A DNA stretch of 64,000 nt, taken from positions 96,001-160,000 of the IMG/VR virus record IMGVR_UViG_3300049137_000157; one strand, given 5' to 3'. Origin of the DNA: a virus. The position numbers were made by a program, and so were the translations under genes. Below, piece by piece: positions 36,967 to 46,949 of the stretch. The number at the start of each line of letters is the position of its first letter. The stretch's first letter is position 1. The notes beneath the pieces are model-generated. The model searched no databases. It saw only the letters and a program-made list of their open reading frames with translations, and was not told where the DNA came from.

Positions 36967-37242
36967 TCCGGAGATTCGCATTGCGGGTCAAGTCCTAGGC
37001 CCGCTAGTGTTTTTCCTTCGAGGTCCACGAGGACCTTGAAGTGGAGCCAGGACATCCTCCGGACGGAGGACTCCTGGCTTTCGCGTTGAGATGCCTGGTG
37101 ACGTGGTTGCCGGGAAGTCGGACAGGGGTCTCCTGGGGCAGACCGGGAGCCCTGATCGGCGACGGGATCCGGGTGGACATGCGCAGCGCTGGCGTCCTCC
37201 CTGATGTACGGGTGGTGGGGCCGCGTACACACCAGAACAGCA

Positions 37243-37274
37243 CGAAGACCCCCGGTCGCAATCGGGGGTCTTCG
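37243..37274 (-). terminator. Terminator after the major capsid gene
   Basis: cgaagacccccg...cgggggtcttcg. Confidence 0.65.
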
Positions 37275-37351
37275 CTCTGCCCGGAGGAACGGGGTGCCGG
37301 GCAGCGGGACGGTGGGCGCTCTCCCGGATCACCCGCCGCCCGGCTCGTAGG

Positions 37352-38746
37352 TCAGGAACCCGACTTGGTCGAGCCCTTCGCCGAGGTGGTGCTGGACTTC
37401 GCCGACAGCGTGGTCAGGCCCGACGGAGCCGCGAAACCCGAACCGCCCGCCACCGGCAGGTTGCCCTCACCCGTGGAGACCGCGACGGCCGAGGCGTCGA
37501 TACCGGCCGCACCGATGATCGAACGCACGCGGTACTGGATGTCGTCGTGGCTGAAGCTGCCCTCGAACGGCGAGATCTCCGAACCGCCCAGCGCGCGGCC
37601 GGTGTCGCCCAGCGCACGCACCTCGGGGGTCTCGTGGCCACGCAGGAACGCGGTCACGATCGCCGGGCCACGCTCCGTGGTGCCGCCTGCGGGCAGAAGG
37701 TACCAGGTGGAGGCGGCGTTGGCCGACAGGTCGATCAGCGGCAGCCACGGGGACTCGACCACGGTGAAGCGACCCGCCACCGGGGACGCCACGTTCGTGC
37801 GGATCTCGGAGCCGTCGGGCATCCGCGACACGCGCATGTACGTGGTGGACCGGGCGATCTCCTGCGCGGTGAGCGCGAGGGACGGCGGCACCAGGAGCAC
37901 GAAGTTCTGCACGCGCACCTGACGACCCGCCACCTGCCGCGAGCCGATCTGGTTGATCGCCTGCTCGACGGCGTCCAGGCTCAGCGGCGGGTTGGTGATC
38001 GCGACGGTCTCGCCCGTCTCGTCCCGCACGTGCTGGACAACGTGGTTGCCGACCGGGGACATCGGACCGAAGTTCTCCGTGGTGGAGAAGAAGTCCGGGT
38101 TCGGACCCGACGCGGTCGCGAGGACGCCCGTGGTCAGGACGTCCTCGGTGTCACGCGCCCAGCGGGCCATCTCCGTCGGAAGCTGCTGGAGGACACCCAG
38201 CTCGTCGTTCATGAACGCTTCCCAGGAGAACGGGAAGCGCGCGCCGTACTTGTTGACGAAGAAATCCGTACCCTCGGTGGTGAGGTTGAAGGTCGGGTAC
38301 TCCGTCAGCTCCGGGATACGCGGCAGCGCGCGGACGTGACGCTCCGCACCACCGTTGCGGTCCGGCGACTGGTTGAAGCCGGTGTCCCAGCGGACCATGC
38401 GGGCCGGACGGAAGTCGGGCACCGTGGTCCGGACCGAGAAGGTCGGCCACTGCTGAGGCAGTTCGGCGTACTGGCCGATCATGGACGCCTGCGAGATCGC
38501 CTGAAACAGCAGCGGGAAGTCGCCGCTGGAGACGGCCTCACGCAGACGGCCCATCGGGACGGGGGCACCCGTCTCCGCCTCACGCTTCAGGCGCAGGAAC
38601 TCGATGGCACGGGACATCTTGAGCAGACGGGCGTCGGTCGACTCGCGCAGCGCAGCGCGGCGCTTGCCGTGAGCCTCGGCGATCCGGGCGAATTCCGGGT
38701 TCTCCGTGGCCTTGATTCCGTCGAGGAGGTTCAGCGCGGTGGTCAT
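37352..38746 (-). CDS. Major capsid protein
   Basis: 464 aa; KYGARFPFSWEAFMNDELG, LLVPPSL, W(Y)LLP and DDIQYRVR motifs of gpT-like HK97-fold capsids; very high GC3. Confidence 0.88.
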   Translation of the reverse strand: MTTALNLLDGIKATENPEFARIAEAHGKRRAALRESTDARLLKMSRAIEFLRLKREAETGAPVPMGRLREAVSSGDFPLLFQAISQASMIGQYAELPQQWPTFSVRTTVPDFRPARMVRWDTGFNQSPDRNGGAERHVRALPRIPELTEYPTFNLTTEGTDFFVNKYGARFPFSWEAFMNDELGVLQQLPTEMARWARDTEDVLTTGVLATASGPNPDFFSTTENFGPMSPVGNHVVQHVRDETGETVAITNPPLSLDAVEQAINQIGSRQVAGRQVRVQNFVLLVPPSLALTAQEIARSTTYMRVSRMPDGSEIRTNVASPVAGRFTVVESPWLPLIDLSANAASTWYLLPAGGTTERGPAIVTAFLRGHETPEVRALGDTGRALGGSEISPFEGSFSHDDIQYRVRSIIGAAGIDASAVAVSTGEGNLPVAGGSGFAAPSGLTTLSAKSSTTSAKGSTKSGS

Positions 38747-38763
38747 TACTCAGGAGCCTCCTT

Positions 38764-39249
38764 TCAGGATCCGGTGGCGGGCTGGTCGGGGACGGCGTTG
38801 GCGTCACCGGGGGCGGGCTGGACGACATTGACGATCGGAACGCCGTCCATGGTCTGGCCGACGATCACGCCGAACGGGTCGGAGTTGGCCGCCGTGGTCA
38901 GCCGGGCGCGGGTCGAACCCGAGGCCGGGAGGATGTAGACCGGGGTGCCGGATCCCATGGTCGCGGCGTTCCAGCCGGTGACCGGGAAAGCGAACGCGCC
39001 GACGAGGGCGACGGAGGCCCAGCCCGGTTCCAGGGAGTTCGCGGTGTTGCGCGCGACGGAGACCGTGGTCATGCCGGTGGTGTAGGAGACCGACTTGCCG
39101 CCGACCTCCTGAGCGAAGCCGACGATGGAGCCGACCTTGACCGGGTCGCCCGGCAGGGTGGGGTCGTCGTTCTTGGCCGGGTCGTCACCGCGCAGCGGAA
39201 GCGGAAGGCTGATCCACTGACCGTACTTGTAGACCTCGTTAGTCGCCAT
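38764..39249 (-). CDS. Capsid decoration/cement protein (DUF2190-like)
   Basis: MATNEVYKYG..GDPVKVGSIVGFA motif; between scaffold and MCP. Confidence 0.7.
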   Translation of the reverse strand: MATNEVYKYGQWISLPLPLRGDDPAKNDDPTLPGDPVKVGSIVGFAQEVGGKSVSYTTGMTTVSVARNTANSLEPGWASVALVGAFAFPVTGWNAATMGSGTPVYILPASGSTRARLTTAANSDPFGVIVGQTMDGVPIVNVVQPAPGDANAVPDQPATGS

Positions 39250-40328
39250 CAGTAGGTACCTCCGCCCAGCAGGGAGCGAAGCTCCGACAGATCGGTGTCG
39301 GAGGACGAGGAGGAGGAGAACGAGGTCGTCGACTCGGTGAGGCCGAGGTTCGAGGTCTCTCGGTGCTCCAGGCCGTTGCGCTCCGACTCGCGCATCAGCT
39401 TCTTGTAGTAGTCCCGCTCAGCGGTGATCGCCTCGTGGATGTCCGACTCGGGGCGCAGGCTCTCCGCGACACGGATGATGGAGGCCAGCGGGAGCTGGGA
39501 CTTCAGAAGCTCGGCGAGAACCTCGCCGTTCTTCTTCGACTCCTTCATCCTCTGCTCGGCGGTCTCGGCGCGGTCCCGGAGGAACGTGATCGCCTCGGCC
39601 AGCTTCTGGTTCTCCTGAACCTGCTTCTTCGACTCGCGCTGCGCTTCCTGGAGCTGCTGCGCCATGCGCGCCACGTCGACCGAGAGCTGGTCGAGGCGGT
39701 CACCGAAGGTGTTCTTCATGGAGGCGACCTCGTTGAGGAGCGCTCCGGTGCCGGTGGTGGACGGAATGTTCGACATCTCCGCGCGAGCGGAGGTCGCGGT
39801 CTGGTCCGCCGGAGGCGATGCCTCCGACGTGGCCGACTCGGTCATATTGACGAGCCTTCCTCCCGCTCCAGCGCGGGTGACGACATCTACGGACAGGCCC
39901 TCGGTGATGGCTCGCACCATCCGGCCTTCGGCCGTTTCCTCGATCTGGCCTGCCGCACGAATCGACAGACCCACGACCGGGGCGAGCTGGCCCACGAGGG
40001 CTTTCGCGTTCTCGGTGAACTGGATGCGAGCGAACAGACCCCGCCCGTCCGGACCTTCCTCGAACTCGGCGTCATCGAGAAGCCATCCCGCGATATCCCG
40101 CACGCTCCTTTCGGGGCGCTCCATTTCTTCCGACCCGGTCGGGTGGTCGAAATAGACGTGCGTTCCTGCGCGGAATGCCCGAGGGCCGTCGCGGTGGAGA
40201 ACTTCAGCGGGATAGAAACCGCTGGACCCCTGAACGTCGGCCTCGATAAGGCGAGCGCGCCAGATGCCCTTGCCCGAAGACAGGTCGGGCGAGAGAATCG
40301 ATGACTCCCGCAGCGTTTCCTGGCTCAT
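39249..40328 (-). CDS. Capsid maturation protease/scaffold fusion
   Basis: N-terminal GSSGFYP..DHP..RSVRD..GLSI..SVDVVTRAGAGG; C-terminal coiled coil; ATG 40328 after GAGGAG. Confidence 0.75.
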   Translation of the reverse strand: MSQETLRESSILSPDLSSGKGIWRARLIEADVQGSSGFYPAEVLHRDGPRAFRAGTHVYFDHPTGSEEMERPERSVRDIAGWLLDDAEFEEGPDGRGLFARIQFTENAKALVGQLAPVVGLSIRAAGQIEETAEGRMVRAITEGLSVDVVTRAGAGGRLVNMTESATSEASPPADQTATSARAEMSNIPSTTGTGALLNEVASMKNTFGDRLDQLSVDVARMAQQLQEAQRESKKQVQENQKLAEAITFLRDRAETAEQRMKESKKNGEVLAELLKSQLPLASIIRVAESLRPESDIHEAITAERDYYKKLMRESERNGLEHRETSNLGLTESTTSFSSSSSSDTDLSELRSLLGGGTY

Positions 40329-40395
40329 GCGCTCCTCACTCTGCAATGACGAGGTCAGCGTAATAGCACAAGCAGTAAAAAATCACGGCGGAAGA

Positions 40396-42099
40396 TTATT
40401 CGGAACCCTCGTCCCGAAGCTCGTGGTCGCCCCGGCTCATGGGGTCAGGCTGCTTTGGGGCCGCAGTTGCCCGGGAATTACCCGCCTTCAAAGGGTTGGG
40501 TGCACCCGGACCGCCCGTGCCGCTGTCGGGGTTTCCGTTGGATTCCCCGCCATTGACGGCCGAAGACATTTCTTGGATTTTCTTGAAGAGAACGGGCAGA
40601 TCTTCCATTGCCGGAGCCTTCGCGGCGAAGTCGTTCCACTTTCCGTTCCAGGCGTCCAGCACCATTGCCCGCGCTTCGTCCCCCGTGAAGAGTCCGAGAC
40701 GGATCGCCATGTCGAGAGCCTGAAGACGGCGGTGAACCGGCTCCTCGTCGATCTGCGGCCAGCGAATGCGCACCTTCAGGCCCACCAGCTTGAAGATGGA
40801 GGCGAACATCTCGTTCATCACCTTCTGGCGGGCCTGCATCACCAGAACGGTCGAGGTGTCCAGGCTGGTGGCTGCCGCATTGTTGGCGATCGACGGGTCC
40901 TCCGTCAGGGCGGGCAGAGGGACGTCCAGCGCTGCCGCGATCATCGCCGCCAAGGGGCGTCCGGCGTCGAAGTCGACGGCCGCGCTGCGCCCGACGGCGG
41001 TGAGATCCTGACCGGCCCCCAGAACGGCTGAGGCACCGACCGCCAAGCTCTGACCCGTCGCGGGGTCCATCCTCGGAGACTGGGCCATCGCAGCCGCTGT
41101 GCGACGGACCGAACGCGACTTGTCACTTGTCACCTTCCATGCAAATCGCGCGTACGCCTTTGTGAGGGTGGCGCAGTTTTCGAGGTATTCCTTGTATGCG
41201 CGGGTCCACCAGACGGCGGGAAGCACGTCGGGGACGCCCCAGCGCCAGCCGGTCAGGCGGTTGAAGGGGACGTGCACGAGGATCTTGTCGTAGTTGACCT
41301 TGTCCCCGGCTATCTCCTTCGGCCCCCGGCCTTTCCCGAGCTTCCGCAGACCGGCGGGGGTGGGGTACCACTCGTCCTGGAAGGCGAAGTTGGAGACGTT
41401 GCCGCCCTCCTGCGACACCTTGTGCCAGGTGCGGCCCCGGGCGGACATCTTCGGGTTGGTGACCGGGGACGTCTCGACCCCGGTGTCCAGGTCCAGGTCG
41501 AGGGTCCAGTCGTTCCAGGTGCGCCGGATGAAGAGCAGACTCTCCCGGTTCCCCCGCTGTGAGACGCCTTCGGACACCTCGTCGAAAGGGATTCGCTGGA
41601 TCTCCTTGGTGCGTCGGTCCACCAGAAACTGGAGGTTCCCGTCGGTGGCCGCCGTCGACTCCAGTTCGAGCTGCGCCAGGGTTCCGGTGAGAACTTCTTC
41701 CACGCCCTCGGGGAGTTCTGGTTCGAGGTTCACCGTGCGCGGGCGTCCGGGGCCTGCCATGAATTGCGTCGGAACGACGGAGACGCCACTGCCCCAGATG
41801 TAGCCAGTGCGGACTTTCAGGGCCCGCTCGATCAGGGGATTGATGGTGGCGACAGCCCTACAGAGTTCGCTGGCCCGCTTCAGGCCGTCCAGGGTGAAGG
41901 AGTTCGCGTCTTCGGCGAAACCCATGAGGGGCTTCCAGCCGATGTCCTCCAGTGCGAGCTGCGCCCTGCCGAACTCCCCGGCCTCCCGCATCTCGTCGGA
42001 TATGAGACCCGTGAGTTCTTCGTTCCGCTGCTCCAGGTTGGTCACGAAGGTTTCGATCTCGCTGATCGACATCTCGTTGAGCGGCTTGGACGTCTGCAT
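40396..42099 (-). CDS. Portal protein
   Basis: INPLIERALKVRTGYIWG, DGN and WRWGVPD motifs; between TerL and scaffold. Confidence 0.82.
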   Translation of the reverse strand: MQTSKPLNEMSISEIETFVTNLEQRNEELTGLISDEMREAGEFGRAQLALEDIGWKPLMGFAEDANSFTLDGLKRASELCRAVATINPLIERALKVRTGYIWGSGVSVVPTQFMAGPGRPRTVNLEPELPEGVEEVLTGTLAQLELESTAATDGNLQFLVDRRTKEIQRIPFDEVSEGVSQRGNRESLLFIRRTWNDWTLDLDLDTGVETSPVTNPKMSARGRTWHKVSQEGGNVSNFAFQDEWYPTPAGLRKLGKGRGPKEIAGDKVNYDKILVHVPFNRLTGWRWGVPDVLPAVWWTRAYKEYLENCATLTKAYARFAWKVTSDKSRSVRRTAAAMAQSPRMDPATGQSLAVGASAVLGAGQDLTAVGRSAAVDFDAGRPLAAMIAAALDVPLPALTEDPSIANNAAATSLDTSTVLVMQARQKVMNEMFASIFKLVGLKVRIRWPQIDEEPVHRRLQALDMAIRLGLFTGDEARAMVLDAWNGKWNDFAAKAPAMEDLPVLFKKIQEMSSAVNGGESNGNPDSGTGGPGAPNPLKAGNSRATAAPKQPDPMSRGDHELRDEGSE

Positions 42100-42120
42100 G
42101 GCCACACAATAACGGTGGAA

Positions 42121-42426
42121 TTATCGACGTGTTTTCCGGATGGACGGACGTCCTTTGTTCAACCAGATATCCAGAGATTCAGCCAGCATTGTGACTGCGC
42201 GAGACAGGGATCCGACATTTTCCTGGGGCTGCTCAAGGAGTTTCTCAACAACTCGAAGATAACTGTGACACACCTCCTGTTCGGCAGACCCTTCCGGGTA
42301 CTCGGAGATCCGCTGTGATATTCGGCTTCTCGCGGCATGCGCCGGGTTGAACACGTTGACTCCCGAGGAGGTGACGAATCCGCATCTGGTGAGTTCGTCC
42401 TGCAAGTTGACGGGAAACGCAGACAC
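42121..42426 (-). CDS. Hypothetical protein
   Basis: 101 aa filling the TerL-portal gap. Confidence 0.45.
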   Translation of the reverse strand: MSAFPVNLQDELTRCGFVTSSGVNVFNPAHAARSRISQRISEYPEGSAEQEVCHSYLRVVEKLLEQPQENVGSLSRAVTMLAESLDIWLNKGRPSIRKTRR

Positions 42427-42456
42427 GCCGTCAGCGGATAGCGGATCGAGGGTGGG

Positions 42457-44811
42457 TCAGTACGGCGAAATGGAGTACTCCGAGTCGTCGTCGTTCAGGG
42501 CGTCGAGGACGTCGTGCACCGAATCCGAAACCGTGTCGCCGACGTCCAGGAGGCTGTCCGAGACGGGGGCGACCGCGTAGGCGATGGCGTCGGAGTAGTC
42601 GGGGGAGCGGCCGTGCTCTTTCCTCATCTCTTCCTTGGAGAGGATGAAGAGGCGACCGTTCTTGATCTTGTAGAACACGATCTTCAGGTCGTCGGAAACC
42701 TTCTCGTCCGGATCCAGGATCTTCGCCGAACCGTTGCGCATCCTCTGGCGGAGCTGGTCGTACCAGTACGCACGAGCGTTGCCGTAGCCGTAGACCGAGC
42801 CACCCGTGTTCGTGGGTGGAGCCGCCGAACCGTGCATCTCGTAGACGGTGAACCAGGGCTCCGGCAAGAGCATGCTCCGGGCGTTCAGGGTGTCGACAAC
42901 ACCGGCACCCAGGCCGACGGCGTCGACCCGGATCTCCACCCAGGGTGCCTTCCGCTCCTCCTTCAGCCGCTCTGCAATTTCGAGGACCTTGTACGCCGAC
43001 GAAACGGTGTCCGTGCCGGACCAGCTTTCCTCGACCTTCGCGGTGACTCCCGAGTAGGACGCGACCACCGTCTGGTCGGAACCGAAACGGGCGACGTCGA
43101 CGCCGAGCCGGAGGATTGAGTGGAGCGCCGGAGCGGGGGGTTCGTCCCGGGCGTCGGCGATTACGTGCGGAGGGAAGAGACTCGACTGGGACTCCTGCGG
43201 GAACTCCGCCATGACCTTCGACAGGTAACGAGGATCGTTCTCGCCCCAGGAGTCGAGCCGGTCGGACACCCAGTCACGCGAGACCAGGACCTCGTTCAGC
43301 AGACGCGGAACAGGCTCCCCGGTGAAGTTCGGGGTGGTGTGGGCCGGGATGGAGATCCGGTTCCACAGATGCGCCGTGTTGCTGTCGAGGAAGTTTTTCC
43401 CGAATTCCGTGTTCCTGTCGTCCGGGTTACCGATCGCCAGGATGCGGCAGCCCATGTTGGTAGTGATGGCCTCGACACCCGTCCAGATTTCCTCCGGCAC
43501 GCCACATGCCTCGTCCAGAAGAGCCAGGACGTACCTGCGGTGAATACCGTGGAACGAGTGACGGTCTCCCTTGGCGGGTTTGCGTCCGAACCCGACAATT
43601 TGGCCGTCTCCGAGCTTCCATTCGTCGGCCTGCGTCACGCGGCCCGGCATGGGGTAGTCGCCACGTGCTGCCGACGAGTGGTGCTTGCGAATCTCTTCCC
43701 AAAGAATCTTGTTCACCTGGGCATAGGTCGGCGCGGTCGAGACAACGATGGCCTGTCCTGGAGGCTTGGTGGAGACCCACCAACACGCGAGCACAGAGGC
43801 GATCATGGAGTTGTGCGTGGGTATCCCGGACTCCCCGCATAGGTAGAGATGATCCGGAGAGTCAACCTGTATGCACTGAACGTGACGGTCGCCAACGGGC
43901 CTCACGTTTACGACACGCCATCCATCATCTCCCCACAAATCAGATCCGGACAGGAACTTGCACTGAGCCAGGGCCTGTTCGTCCTGATCGACGAGGAGGG
44001 TCGTGGCCCTCGTCCCCATCAGGGCAAGGTGATGCAGGTGCGAACCGTAAGACCGCTCTCTTCGGTAGACAGTGCGAATTCCCAGAGATTCCAGATGCCT
44101 CCTGGCTTCCTCCAGTTCTTGCACCCGACCTTCACGAGACCGCCAGAGCAGACTGGTCCGTCCGAGTGGGTCGAGCACTCCTCTTTCGCGCAAGAGTTCG
44201 GAGATCCACTCGTCCGGGTTCCAAAGCGGACCACGCGACTCCAGATCTGGTATCGAAGCGGGGATCACATAGGAATCACGTGAAGCCGCGAGTTCCCGGG
44301 TGGACAGATTCTTGGCTCGGTGATGCCACAGTCCCGTGTGGACCGTCACGCGAGCCCGATCCGAGCGAAGCTGTATCTGCGCGAATTCCCGGGAAGACAG
44401 GACCGGCCATATGTGATCACCAGAAGCCACGATCGTTTCCCGGACCCCGGCGTTCTCCAGAGTGACCTCGTACGAGTCGGCCACGTGGTGACCTGTGGTG
44501 GCCACCACAGGCACGACGCTCCGGTCCGACCCGAGAACCTTCATCCCAGGTCGAATCTCCCCCATGGCAACCAAACCTGACGGAGTATGAACGGGTTCGT
44601 CGAGTCCAAGAGCTTTGCCCGTTCCATGACAGGAGGCAACAACGGTCCTCTTGTTATGGATGAGGGAATCACAGATTTCCTGCTGCTTGGACCAGAGGTG
44701 AACACCAAGAACATCTCGGGCCCATCCGGCGGGATCATTTGCCCATCCGGCTTGCCGAGCCTGATTGCGGAAGTATTCCTCGGCACCCGAAAAGATCTTC
44801 TCTTCCAGCAT
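42457..44811 (-). CDS. Terminase large subunit, intein-containing
   Basis: SCHGTGK/S Walker A, LLDEA Walker B, IGNP, LGVDVARFGSDQT and SPDYSDA nuclease motifs; ATG 44811 after GGAGG. Confidence 0.92.
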   Translation of the reverse strand: MLEEKIFSGAEEYFRNQARQAGWANDPAGWARDVLGVHLWSKQQEICDSLIHNKRTVVASCHGTGKALGLDEPVHTPSGLVAMGEIRPGMKVLGSDRSVVPVVATTGHHVADSYEVTLENAGVRETIVASGDHIWPVLSSREFAQIQLRSDRARVTVHTGLWHHRAKNLSTRELAASRDSYVIPASIPDLESRGPLWNPDEWISELLRERGVLDPLGRTSLLWRSREGRVQELEEARRHLESLGIRTVYRRERSYGSHLHHLALMGTRATTLLVDQDEQALAQCKFLSGSDLWGDDGWRVVNVRPVGDRHVQCIQVDSPDHLYLCGESGIPTHNSMIASVLACWWVSTKPPGQAIVVSTAPTYAQVNKILWEEIRKHHSSAARGDYPMPGRVTQADEWKLGDGQIVGFGRKPAKGDRHSFHGIHRRYVLALLDEACGVPEEIWTGVEAITTNMGCRILAIGNPDDRNTEFGKNFLDSNTAHLWNRISIPAHTTPNFTGEPVPRLLNEVLVSRDWVSDRLDSWGENDPRYLSKVMAEFPQESQSSLFPPHVIADARDEPPAPALHSILRLGVDVARFGSDQTVVASYSGVTAKVEESWSGTDTVSSAYKVLEIAERLKEERKAPWVEIRVDAVGLGAGVVDTLNARSMLLPEPWFTVYEMHGSAAPPTNTGGSVYGYGNARAYWYDQLRQRMRNGSAKILDPDEKVSDDLKIVFYKIKNGRLFILSKEEMRKEHGRSPDYSDAIAYAVAPVSDSLLDVGDTVSDSVHDVLDALNDDDSEYSISPY
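43810..44613 (-). mobile_element. Intein (268 aa, Ala1, class 3 WCT signature)
   Basis: K/ALGLDEPVHTPSG start; block B ASGDHIWPV; block F VQCIQVD; end IPTHN/S. Confidence 0.88.
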
Positions 44812-44941
44812 GCGTGTCGCTCCTCCCGGGCTTCTCTCCATGCATACTGTCAGTACAGGTACAGTTTTCAGTAACACCCCCTCCGGATCAGCCGAGCGGC
44901 TGGACGGACCTCCACTTCCTCGGGGTGTTGCAATGCAAAAC

Positions 44942-44985
44942 CAGAAGCCCGCATGCATCCTTACGGCATGCGGGTTTCTGTTTTC
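44942..44985. terminator. Hairpin with T/A tracts on both sides
   Basis: cagaagcccgcatgc...gcatgcgggtttctg then ttttc. Confidence 0.65.
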
Positions 44986-45244
44986 GGGCAGCCTTCAGAT
45001 GGAAATGTCGACAGGGTGTAGGTGGAAAAGGGGCCTCCGAGCTGCACCGGAGGGGGTGGGCAGAAGGAACGTTTCCTTCGCCTCCGCAAAGATCGAGCGT
45101 CGAGCGGTGTCGTCCGAGCGGATGGCCTGGGCCAGTTCAGACCCTACGGTTACCAGACAACTGTCAGAGCAGTTAAGCCGTTTCGGGTAGGAAAACCCCT
45201 GAACCAACTTTCATTCTCAAGCGGCCTGTGCCATTCTGAGGAGC

Positions 45245-45619
45245 ATGATGAAGAACATGTACCCGCAAGCGTGCAACGTCTGCGATGGTCATGTTTCCGC
45301 TGGGGAGGGTCACCTTCGGAAGACCGCGTCATCCGGCTGGAGCGTGACCCACGACACCTGTCCACACGGACCCGTACAGCACGGCAACGCCAAGGCTTAC
45401 ACCCGGCGAGCAGTCCAAATCATGAATCGCACTGACGCAACTCGTGACGAGATCACAGAAGGTGTCGCGATGCTTGCCGAACTGATGCGCACCGGGTGGG
45501 CTCCTCGTGAATCCTGCGAAAGGGTTGTGCTGAACGCTCGCGCAATCCGTGATTGGGATCGCCTGGGGGTCGAAATGCTCCTGCACGTCTTCACCCTGGA
45601 AGAGTCGGTCTCCTCCTAA
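45245..45619 (+). CDS. Hypothetical protein
   Basis: GAGGAG RBS; CNVC..H.C motif. Confidence 0.6.
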   Translation: MMKNMYPQACNVCDGHVSAGEGHLRKTASSGWSVTHDTCPHGPVQHGNAKAYTRRAVQIMNRTDATRDEITEGVAMLAELMRTGWAPRESCERVVLNARAIRDWDRLGVEMLLHVFTLEESVSS

Positions 45620-45912
45620 GGCTTCTTCAGTCCAAGCATCAACAGAAGTTCCCGAAGTTCCGTCTGAGCGTTGGGCCGCCCGTACGCCCAGGCCGACGCG
45701 GAGAGCATTGCCGATCGCAGGCAGCCCTCGCACTCTGTGCACGTGCACGGGGGTGCCGAGGGCTTCTCTTTTTCCGTCATAGACCTACGAGGTTACTGCA
45801 CTTGCAAGTGGCCTAGGTCATGTGGTTTCGTAGAAGAGGTCAGGGCAACACACCCCGGTTGACCAACCGTCAGGGTGCCGCCCGACCTTGACACGGAAAC
45901 GGAGAAGAAGAG

Positions 45913-46362
45913 ATGTCCAAGGCTTCCATGACCGCCGGTACCGCCCTCCTCGTTACCCTCGCCAGCGGTGTCACGTTCCTCCTCGCCACCCCGGCCACCG
46001 CCGAAGGGATGTGCCCCAAGGGCTGGCACGAGGTGGTGAAGGAGGAGATGATGATGAACTCGGACACGGACCAGTACGAGCTGGCCACCATCACCGAGTG
46101 TGCCAAGGACGAACGTCCGTCCAACATCTCGGTCCGTACTTCCGTCACCGTCGACACCCACCTCCTGGACAACAACCTCCAGAAGACCGGCAGCGGCCTG
46201 GTCCCCGCCGACCGTTTCGAGTACCTCGGCGAGAAGTTCCCCGGCCCGGACGGCAAGATGTACATCGCCATCAAGCAGATCACCACCGGCAAGGGCGGCT
46301 GGGGCGAGAAGTACCAGGGCTGGATCCCCGTCGAGAACACGATCGACCCGGACATGTTCTGA
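45913..46362 (+). CDS. Secreted protein with Sec-type signal peptide
   Basis: Hydrophobic N-terminus ending PATA/EG; two Cys; very high GC3. Confidence 0.7.
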   Translation: MSKASMTAGTALLVTLASGVTFLLATPATAEGMCPKGWHEVVKEEMMMNSDTDQYELATITECAKDERPSNISVRTSVTVDTHLLDNNLQKTGSGLVPADRFEYLGEKFPGPDGKMYIAIKQITTGKGGWGEKYQGWIPVENTIDPDMF

Positions 46363-46793
46363 TGTCCACCGTCTTCCGGGCCCGACAGGGGCGTGACCCG
46401 AACTTCTGGCCGGTCACCTACCACGTACCTCAGCTCCCCCTGAACGACCTCCAGCAGAAGGTCTCGGAGGACCTGTTCGGGGTGGCATGCACCGCAGACG
46501 GATGGCTCGGCGTCGTCGAGGACATCAAGGACTTCAACGCCCGGCGAAAGTACTCCGGCGTCACGTGGACCCTGGGGTACGCCTTTCGTTCCGGACGACG
46601 GGGGCTGAAGTCCACCTGGTCCTGGATCCTCCCCGACGGAACCCTCCAGAGAGATCTGCCGGGAGGCTCCGAGCGCATCTTCTTCAAGGAAGTCTGCCAG
46701 GAACTGCTGGACGCCCATCAGGAGCCGGAGCGATTCGGCATCAGGGTGGAGCCGAGCGACTTCGCGGACAGGCTTCTGGAGAAGAAGAGCTGA
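46362..46793 (+). CDS. Hypothetical protein
   Basis: TGATG-coupled start; followed by hairpin 46804-46835. Confidence 0.6.
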   Translation: MSTVFRARQGRDPNFWPVTYHVPQLPLNDLQQKVSEDLFGVACTADGWLGVVEDIKDFNARRKYSGVTWTLGYAFRSGRRGLKSTWSWILPDGTLQRDLPGGSERIFFKEVCQELLDAHQEPERFGIRVEPSDFADRLLEKKS

Positions 46794-46803
46794 ACAATCG
46801 ACA

Positions 46804-46835
46804 AGGCCCCCGCCATCGGACCAGGGCGGGGGCCT
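46804..46835 (+). terminator. Terminator-like hairpin
   Basis: aggcccccgcc...ggcgggggcct. Confidence 0.5.
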
Positions 46836-46949
46836 CTCGGGGTGGCGCGGCCGACGACTGCCTGTTACATCCGCCGCGTAGTCGCAGACTGACACTCGAA
46901 CGCGGCAAACTTACCCAACACCCCGCAAGTACAGAAGGGTTCCCCCCCA

